Shown piece after piece: positions 10,659-19,806 of a DNA stretch of 64,000 nt. Positions within the stretch are counted from its first letter, which is position 1. The number at the start of each line of letters is the position of its first letter. The notes beneath the pieces were generated by a model that had not been told where the DNA came from, ran no database searches, and saw only the letters and a program-made list of their open reading frames with translations. Origin of the DNA: Clostridia bacterium. Lineage in GTDB: Bacteria; Bacillota; Clostridia; Oscillospirales; RGIG5554. Both the position numbers and the translations under genes were made by a program. The DNA is taken from contig JAFWAE010000015.1 in NCBI GenBank assembly GCA_017507855.1, forward strand, positions 1,126 to 65,125. The letters are read 5' to 3'.

Positions 10659-11338
10659 AATTGGCCGCTAGTGAAAAAGAATGTCCCCTTTGTCAAACGG
10701 AGGTCGTCAACCCCCGTTCTCCCTGGGAAAAGCCTGTCAGAACTCCTTATCCTCAGCGATTTGAAGCCATGACGGCGCAAATAGACCGTAGCTTTTTCGC
10801 CACCATCGTAGGGGTCTTATTGCTCATTCCCCTGTTGATCACGGTGTTTTGCGACTTGGCTACAGGGGGCGGGCTTTCCTGGTCCCTTTACGTAGCCGGA
10901 GGCCTGGCCCTTTGCTTCGTTTGGTTTTTATTGCCCCTGTTCTTCAAAAAATATCGCCCCACAGCGTTTTCCCTGGTCAATTGCACGGCAGCCATTTTAT
11001 ATTTGGCCCTGATCAACCACCTAATGGGGGGGAGCTGGTTTCTTCCCTACGGCCTGCCCATTTCCCTGACAGCTTCCGTGCTGATCGTCGTCCAAATCGT
11101 GCTGATCCCCCGTAAAAAGCAAACAGGCCTTTTGCCCGTACTGGCTTGGAGCCTTCTGTGCATAGGCCTTTTCGTGGTGGCCGTTAATCTGATCGTGGAA
11201 GGGGCGGCCGGAAGACCCACCGTGCCCGGCTGGTCCGTTTACGCCTTCGTCCCCTGCGTGCTGTTAAGCATCGTCGTGTCCGTGCTGGAACGGCGCAAGG
11301 ATCTGAAAGAGCGCATTCGCCGCCGATTGTTCTTTTAA
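10631..11338 (+). CDS. zinc-ribbon membrane protein (possibly DUF6320-like)
   Basis: N-terminal CVHCG...CPLCQ zinc ribbon, then about 6 TM helices. GGAGGAAG SD. 28-nt overlap with the upstream acyltransferase gene. Confidence 0.55.
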   Translation: MSYCVHCGVELAASEKECPLCQTEVVNPRSPWEKPVRTPYPQRFEAMTAQIDRSFFATIVGVLLLIPLLITVFCDLATGGGLSWSLYVAGGLALCFVWFLLPLFFKKYRPTAFSLVNCTAAILYLALINHLMGGSWFLPYGLPISLTASVLIVVQIVLIPRKKQTGLLPVLAWSLLCIGLFVVAVNLIVEGAAGRPTVPGWSVYAFVPCVLLSIVVSVLERRKDLKERIRRRLFF

Positions 11339-11341
11339 TGC

Positions 11342-11370
11342 TTGCATTTTTCTTGTATCGGTGGTATAAT
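11342..11370 (+). promoter_or_regulatory. sigma-70-type promoter for cvpA
   Basis: TTGCAT - 17 nt - TATAAT with TGg extended -10. Confidence 0.5.
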
Positions 11371-11410
11371 ATTTAATCAAGTTCAAAAAGAAAGCTGGGG
11401 GGTTTGTTTT

Positions 11411-12205
11411 ATGAGCGTTATTTTGGATGTCATTTTGGCTGTTTTGATCGTACTGTCGGTGATCACCGGCATTCGTCGCGGCTTCGTACGCTCTTTGATC
11501 AACATTGCAGGGGTGTTTCTTTCCTGGTTTTTGGCCATGCGTCTTTGCCATCCCTTGGGGAATATGATCAGCGAGCGCTGGGTCGCCCCCGCTTGGAAAA
11601 ACGCCTTTTTGGAAAAACTGGGAGAAGGCGCAGGCGAGGCCATCGTCAACGTGGAACAGCTGCTTCAAAACGTGCCGGAATTTTTTGAAAAAATGCTGGG
11701 CACTTATAATACCAGTGCCGCCGAGCTGGAAGCCGCCCTTCAAAGCGGAGCCGCTACGGGTGATATGAACGCCCAAGCCGCCGAGCTGGTCGTTACACCT
11801 GCCGCCCAAACGGTATCCGTCGTGTTGGCTTTTGTGGGTATTTTGCTTGTGGGCCTGCTGGTCTCCTCCTTCCTGGCCTGGCTGATCGGCAAGATCTTCA
11901 ATCTGCCCGTGCTTCGCCTGTTCAACAAAGTGGGCGGTGCCATCTGCGGAGCGGCTATCGGCGTGGGTCTGGCGGTGCTGTTTGCCGCCGCGATAAACTA
12001 TGCCACGCCCTACGTTGCCCAATTGCAGCCCGACGAAAACGGCGTTGCAGCTGCCGACCGCACGCTGCTGTTCAAGCATTTTCAGCATTTGGATCTGGCC
12101 GAGCTGCTTAGCAAATTTAACGTCGCGCTGGAAGATCTTTCCCCATCCACACAACCCGCCACCGCACCCGCTACCGTGCCCGCTACCGTAACACCTGCAG
12201 AGTAA
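11411..12205 (+). CDS. cvpA: CvpA-family membrane protein
   Basis: Trimmed to MSVILDVILAVLIVLSVITGIRRGFVRSL, the typical CvpA N-terminus. 4 TM helices. PT-rich C-terminal tail. Confidence 0.7.
   Translation: MSVILDVILAVLIVLSVITGIRRGFVRSLINIAGVFLSWFLAMRLCHPLGNMISERWVAPAWKNAFLEKLGEGAGEAIVNVEQLLQNVPEFFEKMLGTYNTSAAELEAALQSGAATGDMNAQAAELVVTPAAQTVSVVLAFVGILLVGLLVSSFLAWLIGKIFNLPVLRLFNKVGGAICGAAIGVGLAVLFAAAINYATPYVAQLQPDENGVAAADRTLLFKHFQHLDLAELLSKFNVALEDLSPSTQPATAPATVPATVTPAE
12143..12202 (+). repeat. Pro/Thr/Ala low-complexity tail (PSTQPATAPATVPATVTPAE)
   Basis: Shares the QPATAPAT motif with the sortase tail and the 41322..42527 lipoprotein linker. Confidence 0.6.
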
Positions 12206-12254
12206 GCGGTCCGCGTCAAAATGTTTTTAAACCTTTAATAAAGAAGGATGTTGC

Positions 12255-12797
12255 ATGATCTTTAACCTGCCCAATATTTTAACCATTTTCCGCCTGCTGC
12301 TGGTTCCCGCCCTGCCGCCGGTCTATTTCGCCGTGGAAAACGGGCGTTATGTGGCCCTGGGAATCTTTTTACTGGCAGGTTTTACGGACGTTTTGGACGG
12401 TTATATTGCCCGCAAACGCAACATTATTACGGATTTTGGAAAGCTGGCCGACCCCCTGGCCGATAAACTGATCCAAATCACCCTGATCATCTGCCTGTGT
12501 GTGGACGGCTTCGTTCCCCTTTGGCTCACACTTTGCTTCCTTGTCAAGGAATTGGTTTTGGTCTGCGGAGCCTGCAACCTGGTGCGCTTGAACGAAGTGG
12601 TCGTCCATTCCAAATGGAGCGGCAAGATCGCCACGGCAGCCTTTTACGCCGCGGCCTGCGTCTCCATGCTGTTCCCCCAAAGTCCGCAAGCGTTGCGCAT
12701 CGGGCTTTTTGTGCTGGCGTTTTTGCTTACGTTTTTGGCCTTTATCGATTATTACAAGTGGTATCGCCAGATCAAACACCCCTCTTCCAAAAATTAA
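12255..12797 (+). CDS. pgsA: CDP-diacylglycerol--glycerol-3-phosphate 3-phosphatidyltransferase
   Basis: CDP-alcohol phosphatidyltransferase motif DVLDGYIARKRNIITDFGKLADPLADK. Confidence 0.85.
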   Translation: MIFNLPNILTIFRLLLVPALPPVYFAVENGRYVALGIFLLAGFTDVLDGYIARKRNIITDFGKLADPLADKLIQITLIICLCVDGFVPLWLTLCFLVKELVLVCGACNLVRLNEVVVHSKWSGKIATAAFYAAACVSMLFPQSPQALRIGLFVLAFLLTFLAFIDYYKWYRQIKHPSSKN

Positions 12798-12801
12798 CCG
12801 C

Positions 12802-12840
12802 CACAGCCTTCCGGCGCAGGCTGTGTTCTCGGTTTCTTTG
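12802..12840 (+). terminator. possible weak terminator after pgsA
   Basis: Stem CACAGCCT / AGGCTGTG, followed by a broken T-tract (TTCTCGGTTTCTTTG). Confidence 0.4.
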
Positions 12841-12866
12841 TTCGCCGGAGAAATAAGGTAACTGCT

Positions 12867-15155
12867 ATGCTTTGTGTAAGATGCAAAAAAAGAGCGGCTG
12901 TCGTTTTTGTGACCCGCTTTGAAAACAACAAGCCCATCAATGAAGGGCTTTGTTTACAATGTGCCCGTGAATGCGGTCTCAGCCAAGTGGAACAAATGGT
13001 GGAACGCATGGGCCTTTCCGACGAGGATATCGAAAATTTGGGAGCGGAGCTTTTAACGGGAGACGAGGATGAGCCGGAGCCCGGGAAAGCCCCCACACTT
13101 CCCTCCTTTTTAGCGAATTTTTTGCAAGTGCAGGGGAAAATGAACGGCGAAAACAGCACCTCCTCTCAGGAGGACGGAGCTAAGGCCGCTTCTCCCAAGG
13201 AAAAAGACAAAAAAGAAAAGAAACTGAAGTTTTTGGAAAGCTTCTGCATCGACCTGACCGCCCGCGCCCGCGAAGGGAAGCTGGATCAGCTCATCGGCCG
13301 TGACCGCGAGGTGCGCCGTGTGGTGCAGATCCTTTGCCGCCGTCAAAAAAACAACCCTTGCTTGATCGGCGAGCCCGGTGTGGGCAAAACGGCTATTGCG
13401 GAAGGCCTGGCCCTGCGCATTGCCGCCGAAGAGGTCCCCTCTCGTTTGATCAACAAGCGGGTATATTTGCTGGATCTGACCTCCCTGGTAGCAGGCACCC
13501 AATTTCGCGGTCAGTTTGAAAGCCGTATGAAGGGCCTGATCGAAGAGATCCGCCGGGAAGGCAACATCATCTTGGTGATCGACGAGGTCCATAATCTGGT
13601 AGGAGCAGGGGATGCCGAAGGCAGCATGAATGCCGCCAACATTCTCAAGCCTGCCCTGTCTCGCGGGGAGATCCAGGTCATCGGTGCCACGACCCTGGCC
13701 GAATACCGCAAGCATATTGAAAAAGACGCCGCTTTGGAACGCCGCTTTCAGCCCGTGGTCGTGGAGGAGCCTTCCTTAGCCGACACGGTGGAGATCCTAA
13801 AGGGCATCAAAGGATATTACGAGCATTTTCACGGCGTGCGCATTCCCGACACCTTGTTGCCCTTGGCCGTAGGCATGAGCGAACGTTATATTACCGACCG
13901 TTTCCTTCCCGATAAAGCCATCGACCTGATCGACGAGGGCTGTGCCAATTTGGCCTTGAACAACCCCGTCGTCCAACAAACCGAGCAAGCCGCCCGCCGT
14001 CTGGCAGAGGTGCGCGCTCAACTGGAGCAGACTCAGCCCGACGGCTCCGAGGAAGGGTACCGCCTTTTAGCAGATCTGCGCAGTACTGAAATGCGCTTAA
14101 GTAACGAATTTGACCTTCTTTCCGCTCAGCGTGACGAGGTCTGCCTGACCGATGCCGAACTGGCCGAGGTCATCGAGCTTTGGACGGGGATCCCCGCATC
14201 CAAGATCCGCCAGCATGAGTTAGCCCGTCTTTCGGGGCTGGAGGAGCGTTTGCAGGCCCGTATTATCGGCCAGGACGAAGCCGTCAGCGCCGTGGCCCGT
14301 GCCATTCGCCGCAACCGCGCGGGAGTTTCGGCAAAGAAAAAACCCGTTTCCTTTATTTTCGTAGGCCCCACCGGTGTGGGCAAAACCGAGTTGGTCAAGC
14401 AATTGGCTCTGGATCTGTTTGATTCACCCGAATCCATGGTGCGCCTGGACATGTCCGAATTCATGGAAAAGCACGCCGTTTCCCGCTTGATCGGCTCTCC
14501 TCCCGGCTACGTGGGCTACGATGAAGCCGGCCAGCTGACAGAAAAGATCCGCCGTAAGCCTTACACCGTGATCCTGTTTGATGAGATCGAAAAAGCCCAC
14601 CCCGACGTGCTGAACATCCTGTTGCAGATCCTGGACGACGGGCAACTGACCGACGCGCACGGAAAAACCGTCAATTTTGAGCACACCGTCATCATTATGA
14701 CCTCCAACGCCGGCAGCAACCTTCGCGAGGGAGCCATGGGCTTCGGCCAAAACCGTACGGAAGCCGACTCCGCCAAGAGTCTGAAGGCCCTAGAGGAATT
14801 TTTAAGACCCGAATTTATCAACCGCGTGGACGAGATCATTACCTTCCGTCATTTAAGCGAAGAAGATTTTGCCCGCATTGCTTGGCTGATGCTGAAGGAA
14901 ACCGTAGACGCCCTGCAGCTTCGCGGGATCGCCTTCTCCTTCAGTAACGAAGTACCCGCATGGCTGGCCCGCCGATCCTTCTCTGAAAAATACGGTGCCA
15001 GAAATCTGCGCCGCCTGATCACCCGTCAGGTAGAGGATCCTGCGGCAAATCTGCTGATTTCGGATCCGGAGGGAGGCATTTGCGGTATTTTTGCAAGCGT
15101 ACAGGATGACAGTTTGATCCTGACAGGTACGCAAGCACCGGCCAAAGCTCACTAA
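12867..15155 (+). CDS. ClpC/ClpB-family double-AAA+ chaperone with N-terminal zinc ribbon
   Basis: Walker [14 protein letters not shown] and [16 protein letters not shown] loop (GAMGFGQ) as a possible ClpP-docking tripeptide. N-terminus CVRC...CLQC replaces the Clp_N repeats. Confidence 0.85.
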   Translation: MLCVRCKKRAAVVFVTRFENNKPINEGLCLQCARECGLSQVEQMVERMGLSDEDIENLGAELLTGDEDEPEPGKAPTLPSFLANFLQVQGKMNGENSTSSQEDGAKAASPKEKDKKEKKLKFLESFCIDLTARAREGKLDQLIGRDREVRRVVQILCRRQKNNPCLIGEPGVGKTAIAEGLALRIAAEEVPSRLINKRVYLLDLTSLVAGTQFRGQFESRMKGLIEEIRREGNIILVIDEVHNLVGAGDAEGSMNAANILKPALSRGEIQVIGATTLAEYRKHIEKDAALERRFQPVVVEEPSLADTVEILKGIKGYYEHFHGVRIPDTLLPLAVGMSERYITDRFLPDKAIDLIDEGCANLALNNPVVQQTEQAARRLAEVRAQLEQTQPDGSEEGYRLLADLRSTEMRLSNEFDLLSAQRDEVCLTDAELAEVIELWTGIPASKIRQHELARLSGLEERLQARIIGQDEAVSAVARAIRRNRAGVSAKKKPVSFIFVGPTGVGKTELVKQLALDLFDSPESMVRLDMSEFMEKHAVSRLIGSPPGYVGYDEAGQLTEKIRRKPYTVILFDEIEKAHPDVLNILLQILDDGQLTDAHGKTVNFEHTVIIMTSNAGSNLREGAMGFGQNRTEADSAKSLKALEEFLRPEFINRVDEIITFRHLSEEDFARIAWLMLKETVDALQLRGIAFSFSNEVPAWLARRSFSEKYGARNLRRLITRQVEDPAANLLISDPEGGICGIFASVQDDSLILTGTQAPAKAH

Positions 15156-15176
15156 ACGAAAGGAAGTTGGCGCATC

Positions 15177-16529
15177 ATGAAAGCGGGGATCGCACTGCGT
15201 TCTGCAGCAGTGGCTTTGTTGGTTTGCTCGGCCCTTTATTTGTCCTGCCGTATTTGGCTTTGGGACAGGCTGACAGACTTGGGCGTAGAGCCCCTTCCCC
15301 GTATTTCCCAAGCGTTGGAGGACGCGGGCTTCCCCGGCCTGGCCTTTTTTCTTTCTCCTGAGGAGGACTCTCCCTCCGAGGTCTCCCAAAACCTGAATCT
15401 GATCATTCCTTCCCAAGCCGCCGTTTTGACGGCTTCCGGCCCCTTGGCCCTTCCCGACGAGGAAAGTCGCGCGCAAATGCTTGCCCGTGCCCTGCCTCTG
15501 CTTTCTCAGGTGTTGAGCAACGCCTCCTTCTGCGAGCAGATCTACGATATGGACGTCTGGCAGCAGGCGTTGCGGGAAACGAATGCCCTGTATTTTGATT
15601 TTGGCTCCATTCTGTCCGATACGGTATACGCCGAATTTTTTGCTGCAGACGGCTACGCCCGCGGGGAAGCGGGGGCCTTTCGCCAGGCCGTACTGTTTTC
15701 CACCGACAGCGCCACCGTTTTGCTGGCGCGGGGCGGAAACCGCCTGTATCGCTATTCACTGTTGGGGGTAACCGGCGTTCGTGCGCTGGCCTCCACCCTG
15801 ATCTCCTCGCAAAATCCGCTTTCCGCCTCCTTTTACGGACAGCAGGGCTCCTATTCCGGCTATTTAATGGGCTACCGCGCCGCACTTCCCGTTTTGACCG
15901 CAGGAAACGGCAACTGGACCAACCGCGACGTGTTCCAGGCCCTGTATTACAATGCCTATAATCTGCGCTATTATACCGATTCCGACGGCACCCAGGTCTT
16001 TGTTGAAAACAACGGAAGCATTCGTATTGCCGAAGGGGGCCGCATCTCCTTTACTGCTGCCCAAGGCAGCCAAGGATTGCCCATTTCCAAGCTTCTTTCC
16101 GGCACCTCCGCAAAGGAGGAGAGCTTCGGTACGCAATTGGCCGCTGCAAACTTATTGGCCCAACGCCTGAATGAATCCTTTGGCGGCCAGCAGACCTTGC
16201 GCTTAACCTCCGTTCTTTCCCAAGAGGACACCCGAGCCGTTACCTTTTCGTACACGCCCGCGGTAGAGGGGATCTTTATTGCCAATGCCTCGGGCATCCG
16301 CATCACCGTTCGGGATGCGGGCATCTCTCTGGTGGAAGCAAGTACCGTCTCTTATACCAATTCCGATGGAAAGACCGCTCCTTTGACCGATGAGGCCGAG
16401 CTGAAATACCTGTTTTTGTCCTCCGGACTGGATCAGGCAGAGCCTACCCTCCAATATATGCCCGATACAGCCACCGGCCTGTTGTACGGCTATGCGGTGC
16501 TGGAGGTTTGGGAGGAGGCCGTTTCATGA
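15177..16529 (+). CDS. membrane-anchored extracytoplasmic protein, YycH-like by size and topology
   Basis: 450 aa with a single N-terminal TM helix. ATGA overlap with the next gene. Assignment rests on architecture only. Confidence 0.4.
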   Translation: MKAGIALRSAAVALLVCSALYLSCRIWLWDRLTDLGVEPLPRISQALEDAGFPGLAFFLSPEEDSPSEVSQNLNLIIPSQAAVLTASGPLALPDEESRAQMLARALPLLSQVLSNASFCEQIYDMDVWQQALRETNALYFDFGSILSDTVYAEFFAADGYARGEAGAFRQAVLFSTDSATVLLARGGNRLYRYSLLGVTGVRALASTLISSQNPLSASFYGQQGSYSGYLMGYRAALPVLTAGNGNWTNRDVFQALYYNAYNLRYYTDSDGTQVFVENNGSIRIAEGGRISFTAAQGSQGLPISKLLSGTSAKEESFGTQLAAANLLAQRLNESFGGQQTLRLTSVLSQEDTRAVTFSYTPAVEGIFIANASGIRITVRDAGISLVEASTVSYTNSDGKTAPLTDEAELKYLFLSSGLDQAEPTLQYMPDTATGLLYGYAVLEVWEEAVS

Positions 16530-17383
16530 ATTGGAAAAGTGCTTTAAACTGGCTGATAGCCGTTCTTTGCGCAGTTAATTTGTTTTTGCTGGGCGTATTG
16601 GCCTACGAATCCTGGCAGCGCACCCATATTTCCACCGATACCGTGCGGGACGCCGTTACCGTTTTACAGCGCTTTGGGGTAGATATTTCCGTTGAGGCGG
16701 TGGAAACGCAAAAACCGGATCCCCATTCCCCTTCCATGGAAAAGGCCTTTTCTCAGGAAACTATGGTTGCCCTGTTGGAGTCTCTGTCTGCCGAAACCTA
16801 TGCGGAAAGCTATATGATTCCTGACGGTTTGGTGTACAATACCCAAAATTTTGTTTTGACCCGCTATCACGACGCCACCGTAGCCTTTGCAGCCGAAGAT
16901 GCCCCCCTCTCGGAGGAAGCCTTGACCAATTTGGTAGCTACCCAGTCCGATCAGATCCGCGGTCTGTTAAAAAAACGCTTTGCCTTTTTACAAAGCGGAG
17001 CGATGGGCTTTTCCGTTGAATCCGTTTTGCAAAACGACCTGCTGACCGTGTGCCGCCTTCGCCAAACTTGCAACGGTCGTCCCATTTTCGCCAACACCAT
17101 TGAAATCATTTTTACCTCGGACCGCGTCGTGCAGCTTAAGGGGCTGTGGCTGTTTGGTACCCTGGGTGAAAGCGGATCCCTTCAATGCAAGGATGCCGCC
17201 TCCCTACTACTGACCAATAAACAACGTTTCTTCGGAGAAAAAGTCCTTTCCACCTTCTGGGGGTACTACACCTCTGTGCAAGACGATGGAAACGCCGCCG
17301 TGCTGACCCCTTGCTGGGCTGTTGAAACGGAAAAAAACACCCTGTATTTTGATGCAGTCTCCGGCGAAGAAATGTATTGGTAA
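16526..17383 (+). CDS. YycI-like membrane-anchored protein
   Basis: Trimmed to ATG 16526 behind GGGAGGAGG. N-terminus MNWKSALNWLIAVLCAVNLFLLGVL resembles the YycI start as I remember it (MDWNKTK...FLILNIFL). About 285 aa. Confidence 0.45.
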   Translation: MNWKSALNWLIAVLCAVNLFLLGVLAYESWQRTHISTDTVRDAVTVLQRFGVDISVEAVETQKPDPHSPSMEKAFSQETMVALLESLSAETYAESYMIPDGLVYNTQNFVLTRYHDATVAFAAEDAPLSEEALTNLVATQSDQIRGLLKKRFAFLQSGAMGFSVESVLQNDLLTVCRLRQTCNGRPIFANTIEIIFTSDRVVQLKGLWLFGTLGESGSLQCKDAASLLLTNKQRFFGEKVLSTFWGYYTSVQDDGNAAVLTPCWAVETEKNTLYFDAVSGEEMYW

Positions 17384-17413
17384 GTCTTGATTCCTTTTAT
17401 ATGCAATCTCTCC

Positions 17414-17450
17414 GTCTGCAAAAGAGCCCCTCTTTTGCAGACGTTTTTTT
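17414..17450 (+). terminator. intrinsic terminator
   Basis: GTCTGCAAAAGAG cccc TCTTTTGCAGAC followed by GTTTTTTT. Confidence 0.8.
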
Positions 17451-17503
17451 ATGTTTGCATTCCCTAAAAATGACAAAACTGTGAATAAAATTCAAATAAA
17501 ATG

Positions 17504-17533
17504 TTGACAAGCTTTGCCTGCTTTTGGTATAAT
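17504..17533 (+). promoter_or_regulatory. sigma-70-type promoter for the permease gene
   Basis: TTGACA - 18 nt - TATAAT with TGg extended -10. About 55-nt leader to ATG 17588. Confidence 0.55.
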
Positions 17534-17587
17534 TCGATATATGGAGAAGGTTTTCCTTCCCAAAAGAAATTTCAAGGAGATGTTGAA

Positions 17588-19018
17588 ATGGAAAAATTCT
17601 TTAAGATCAAAGAAAGAGGTTCCAACATCCGCACCGAAATCATTGCGGGTCTGACCACTTTCTTTGCCATGGCTTACATCGTCATGGTCAACCCCGATCA
17701 GGTTACCGGCTTCACTCCCGGGCTTGATAACATCTGGAATTCCGTTTACGTGGCATCCGTACTGGTCGCTTGCTTGGGTACGCTGCTGATGGCGTTCCTG
17801 GGTAAAATGCCCTTCGCTCAGGCCTGCGGCATGGGTCTGAACTCCTTCTTCTTCGTTTCTTTTGTGCTGCCCGAAGTGATCAAGGGCACCGAAGGTGACC
17901 CCGTTCTGGGCTACCAGGCCGGCGCTGTCATCATCCTGCTGGAAGGCTTGCTGTTCTTCTTGCTTTCTGCCACCGGCGTTCGCCAGCAGATCGCTCGCGC
18001 TCTGCCCGAGTGCCTGAAGAAAGCCATTCCCGCCGGTATCGGTCTGTTCATTGCCTTCATCGGCTTCAAGAACGTGGGCATCATTCAGGACAACATGTAC
18101 ACCTTCGTACAGTTCTTTGATTTCAACGGCGCTATTGACGCAGCCAAAGCCGCCGGTACCAGTGTTTGGGCTGCCATCGCTCCTGTGGTGTTGGCTCTGC
18201 TGGGCCTGTTGCTCATTGGCGTGCTGAACAAGAAGAACATCAAAGGCAGCATTCTGATCAGCATTCTGGTTACCACCGTGCTGTACTATCTGACCACCTG
18301 GACCATGCCCGACTTCGGCACCACCAGCGTGAGCGCCACCTTTAAGGATTTCACCGAGATCGGTATCGTAGGTCTGTTCAACGGCAAGGCCTGGGCTCAT
18401 GCCTTCGGCGACTTTGCTAATATGAGCGCCATTTTCAACGCCATCATGCTGATCATCACCTTCTGCCTGGTGGATATGTTCGACACGATGGGTACCCTGT
18501 ACGGCGCCGCTTCCGAAGCCAACATGCTGGACGAAAACGGCGACCCCATCAACCTGGACAAGTGCATGCTGTGTGACTCTATCGGTACTGTGGCCGGTGC
18601 TGTGTTCGGCACCTCCACCTGCACCACCTTCGTAGAGTCCTCCGCCGGCGTTGCCGCAGGCGGCCGCACCGGTTTGGCCAGCTTGGTAACCGGTATCTGC
18701 TTCTTCCTGTGCCTGTTCCTCTCCCCCATTGCCAAGATCATTCCTTCCTGCGCCACCGCCCCCGCTCTGATCTTCGTGGGCGTGCTGATGCTGAAGAATT
18801 TCTCCAAGGTAGATATGTCTGACATGCGTTCTGCCATTCCTGCCTTCCTGACCCTGATCATGATGCCCTTGACTTACTCCATTGCTAACGGTATCGGCAT
18901 CGGCGCCATCGCTTACGTGATCATCTCCTTGTTCACCGGCGAATACAAGAAGCGCGACATCATCGTGACTGCCGTTGCGATCCTGTTCGTTCTGAAATTC
19001 GTCCTCATTACCATGTAA
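17588..19018 (+). CDS. NCS2-family purine (adenine/guanine/hypoxanthine-type) permease
   Basis: Trimmed to MEKFFKIKERGSNIRTEIIAGLTTFFAMAYI, the hallmark AzgA/PbuG-type N-terminus. Polytopic. Confidence 0.85.
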   Translation: MEKFFKIKERGSNIRTEIIAGLTTFFAMAYIVMVNPDQVTGFTPGLDNIWNSVYVASVLVACLGTLLMAFLGKMPFAQACGMGLNSFFFVSFVLPEVIKGTEGDPVLGYQAGAVIILLEGLLFFLLSATGVRQQIARALPECLKKAIPAGIGLFIAFIGFKNVGIIQDNMYTFVQFFDFNGAIDAAKAAGTSVWAAIAPVVLALLGLLLIGVLNKKNIKGSILISILVTTVLYYLTTWTMPDFGTTSVSATFKDFTEIGIVGLFNGKAWAHAFGDFANMSAIFNAIMLIITFCLVDMFDTMGTLYGAASEANMLDENGDPINLDKCMLCDSIGTVAGAVFGTSTCTTFVESSAGVAAGGRTGLASLVTGICFFLCLFLSPIAKIIPSCATAPALIFVGVLMLKNFSKVDMSDMRSAIPAFLTLIMMPLTYSIANGIGIGAIAYVIISLFTGEYKKRDIIVTAVAILFVLKFVLITM

Positions 19019-19036
19019 GCACTGTTTCCCATCAGC

Positions 19037-19070
19037 AAAACGGCACAGCGAAAGCTGTGCCGTTTTTTTG
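19037..19070 (+). terminator. intrinsic terminator
   Basis: AAAACGGCACAGC gaaa GCTGTGCCGTTTT followed by a T-run. Confidence 0.85.
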
Positions 19071-19080
19071 TCTGAAAGGC

Positions 19081-19109
19081 TTGACAAACGGAAAAAGATC
19101 TGGTATCCT
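19081..19109 (+). promoter_or_regulatory. probable promoter of the ArsR-family gene
   Basis: TTGACA - 17 nt - TATCCT. A TATAAT follows 5 nt later at non-optimal spacing. Confidence 0.4.
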
Positions 19110-19118
19110 ATAATCGGA

Positions 19119-19146
19119 CATTTGAATGTTTGTTCAAATAAACAAG
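19119..19146. promoter_or_regulatory. ArsR/SmtB-type operator, copy 1
   Basis: catTTGAATGTTTGTTCAAAtaaacaag. Inverted repeat TTTGAA-n6-TTCAAA between the promoter and the SD of the repressor gene. Confidence 0.55.
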
Positions 19147-19154
19147 GGAGGCTC

Positions 19155-19508
19155 ATGATGAACCGCACCGAAGAAGAATACCGCGCAGAAGGCCTTGCCG
19201 AATGGGTCCGCAAAAAGATCGACAACGAGGAAACCATTTACGATCTGGCCGAGCTGTTTAAGGTTTTTGGAGACACCACCCGCACCAAGATTCTTTGCTG
19301 CCTGGAGGTCAAAGACCTGTACGTTACGGAGCTGGCAGACGTGCTGAACATGAGCGTTTCCGCCGTTTCCCACCAACTTCGCGTGCTGCGCAACGCCAAG
19401 CTGGTACGCGGGGTGAAGGAAGGCAAAGAAGTCAAATATTCATTGGATGACAACCATGTAATGATGATCATCGAATGCGGACTTTCTCATCTGAAAGAAC
19501 AGGACTGA
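19155..19508 (+). CDS. ArsR/SmtB-family metal-sensing repressor
   Basis: Trimmed to ATG behind AAGGGAGG. HTH LYVTELADVLNMSVSAVSHQLRVLRNAKLV. Cys pair ILCCLE and C-terminal DDNHVMMIIECGLSH candidate metal ligands. Confidence 0.85.
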   Translation: MMNRTEEEYRAEGLAEWVRKKIDNEETIYDLAELFKVFGDTTRTKILCCLEVKDLYVTELADVLNMSVSAVSHQLRVLRNAKLVRGVKEGKEVKYSLDDNHVMMIIECGLSHLKEQD

Positions 19509-19520
19509 TCCTGTTTTTTT
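19498..19520 (+). terminator. weak hairpin plus T7 overlapping the arsR stop codon
   Basis: AACAGGA ctga TCCTGTT followed by TTTTT. Possible partial terminator between repressor and transporter genes. Confidence 0.45.
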
Positions 19521-19528
19521 CAGACTTG

Positions 19529-19556
19529 ATTATTGAATATTTGTTCAAACAAACAA
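19529..19556. promoter_or_regulatory. ArsR/SmtB-type operator, copy 2
   Basis: ttaTTGAATATTTGTTCAAAcaaacaac. A near-identical 24-mer to copy 1 (2 mismatches), just upstream of the HMA/ATPase genes. Confidence 0.55.
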
Positions 19557-19575
19557 CATTAAGAGGTGCTTTTAC

Positions 19576-19806
19576 ATGAAAAGAATTTTCAAGCTGGAGA
19601 ATTTGGGCTGTGCCCACTGTGCCGCCAAAATGGAAAGAGCCATTGCCAAACTGGCAGGCGTACAGGAGGCAAGCATCAACTTTATGACTCAAAAACTTAT
19701 CGTGGAAGCCGACGAAGCCCTGTTCCCGTCCCTGATTCCGGAAATGGACCGCATTTGCCGCAAATTCGAGCCCGATTGCCATTTGCAGGGAGGCCCCGCT
19801 AAATGA
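19576..19806 (+). CDS. heavy-metal-associated (HMA) domain protein
   Basis: GCAHCAAKMERAI = GMxCxxC-type motif. ATGA overlap with the ATPase gene. Confidence 0.8.
   Translation: MKRIFKLENLGCAHCAAKMERAIAKLAGVQEASINFMTQKLIVEADEALFPSLIPEMDRICRKFEPDCHLQGGPAK

Noticed and set aside
17534-17587. Expected a purine riboswitch ahead of the purine permease
   Set aside because: The leader between the -10 and the ATG is only about 55 nt. It has no three-way-junction potential or conserved purine-riboswitch core.
17492-19237. 581-aa ORF on the minus strand
   Set aside because: It is fully antisense to the well-supported NCS2 permease gene and the arsR promoter. Its translation is low-complexity (G/A/Q/H-rich) with no SD. 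It is a typical high-GC antisense artefact.
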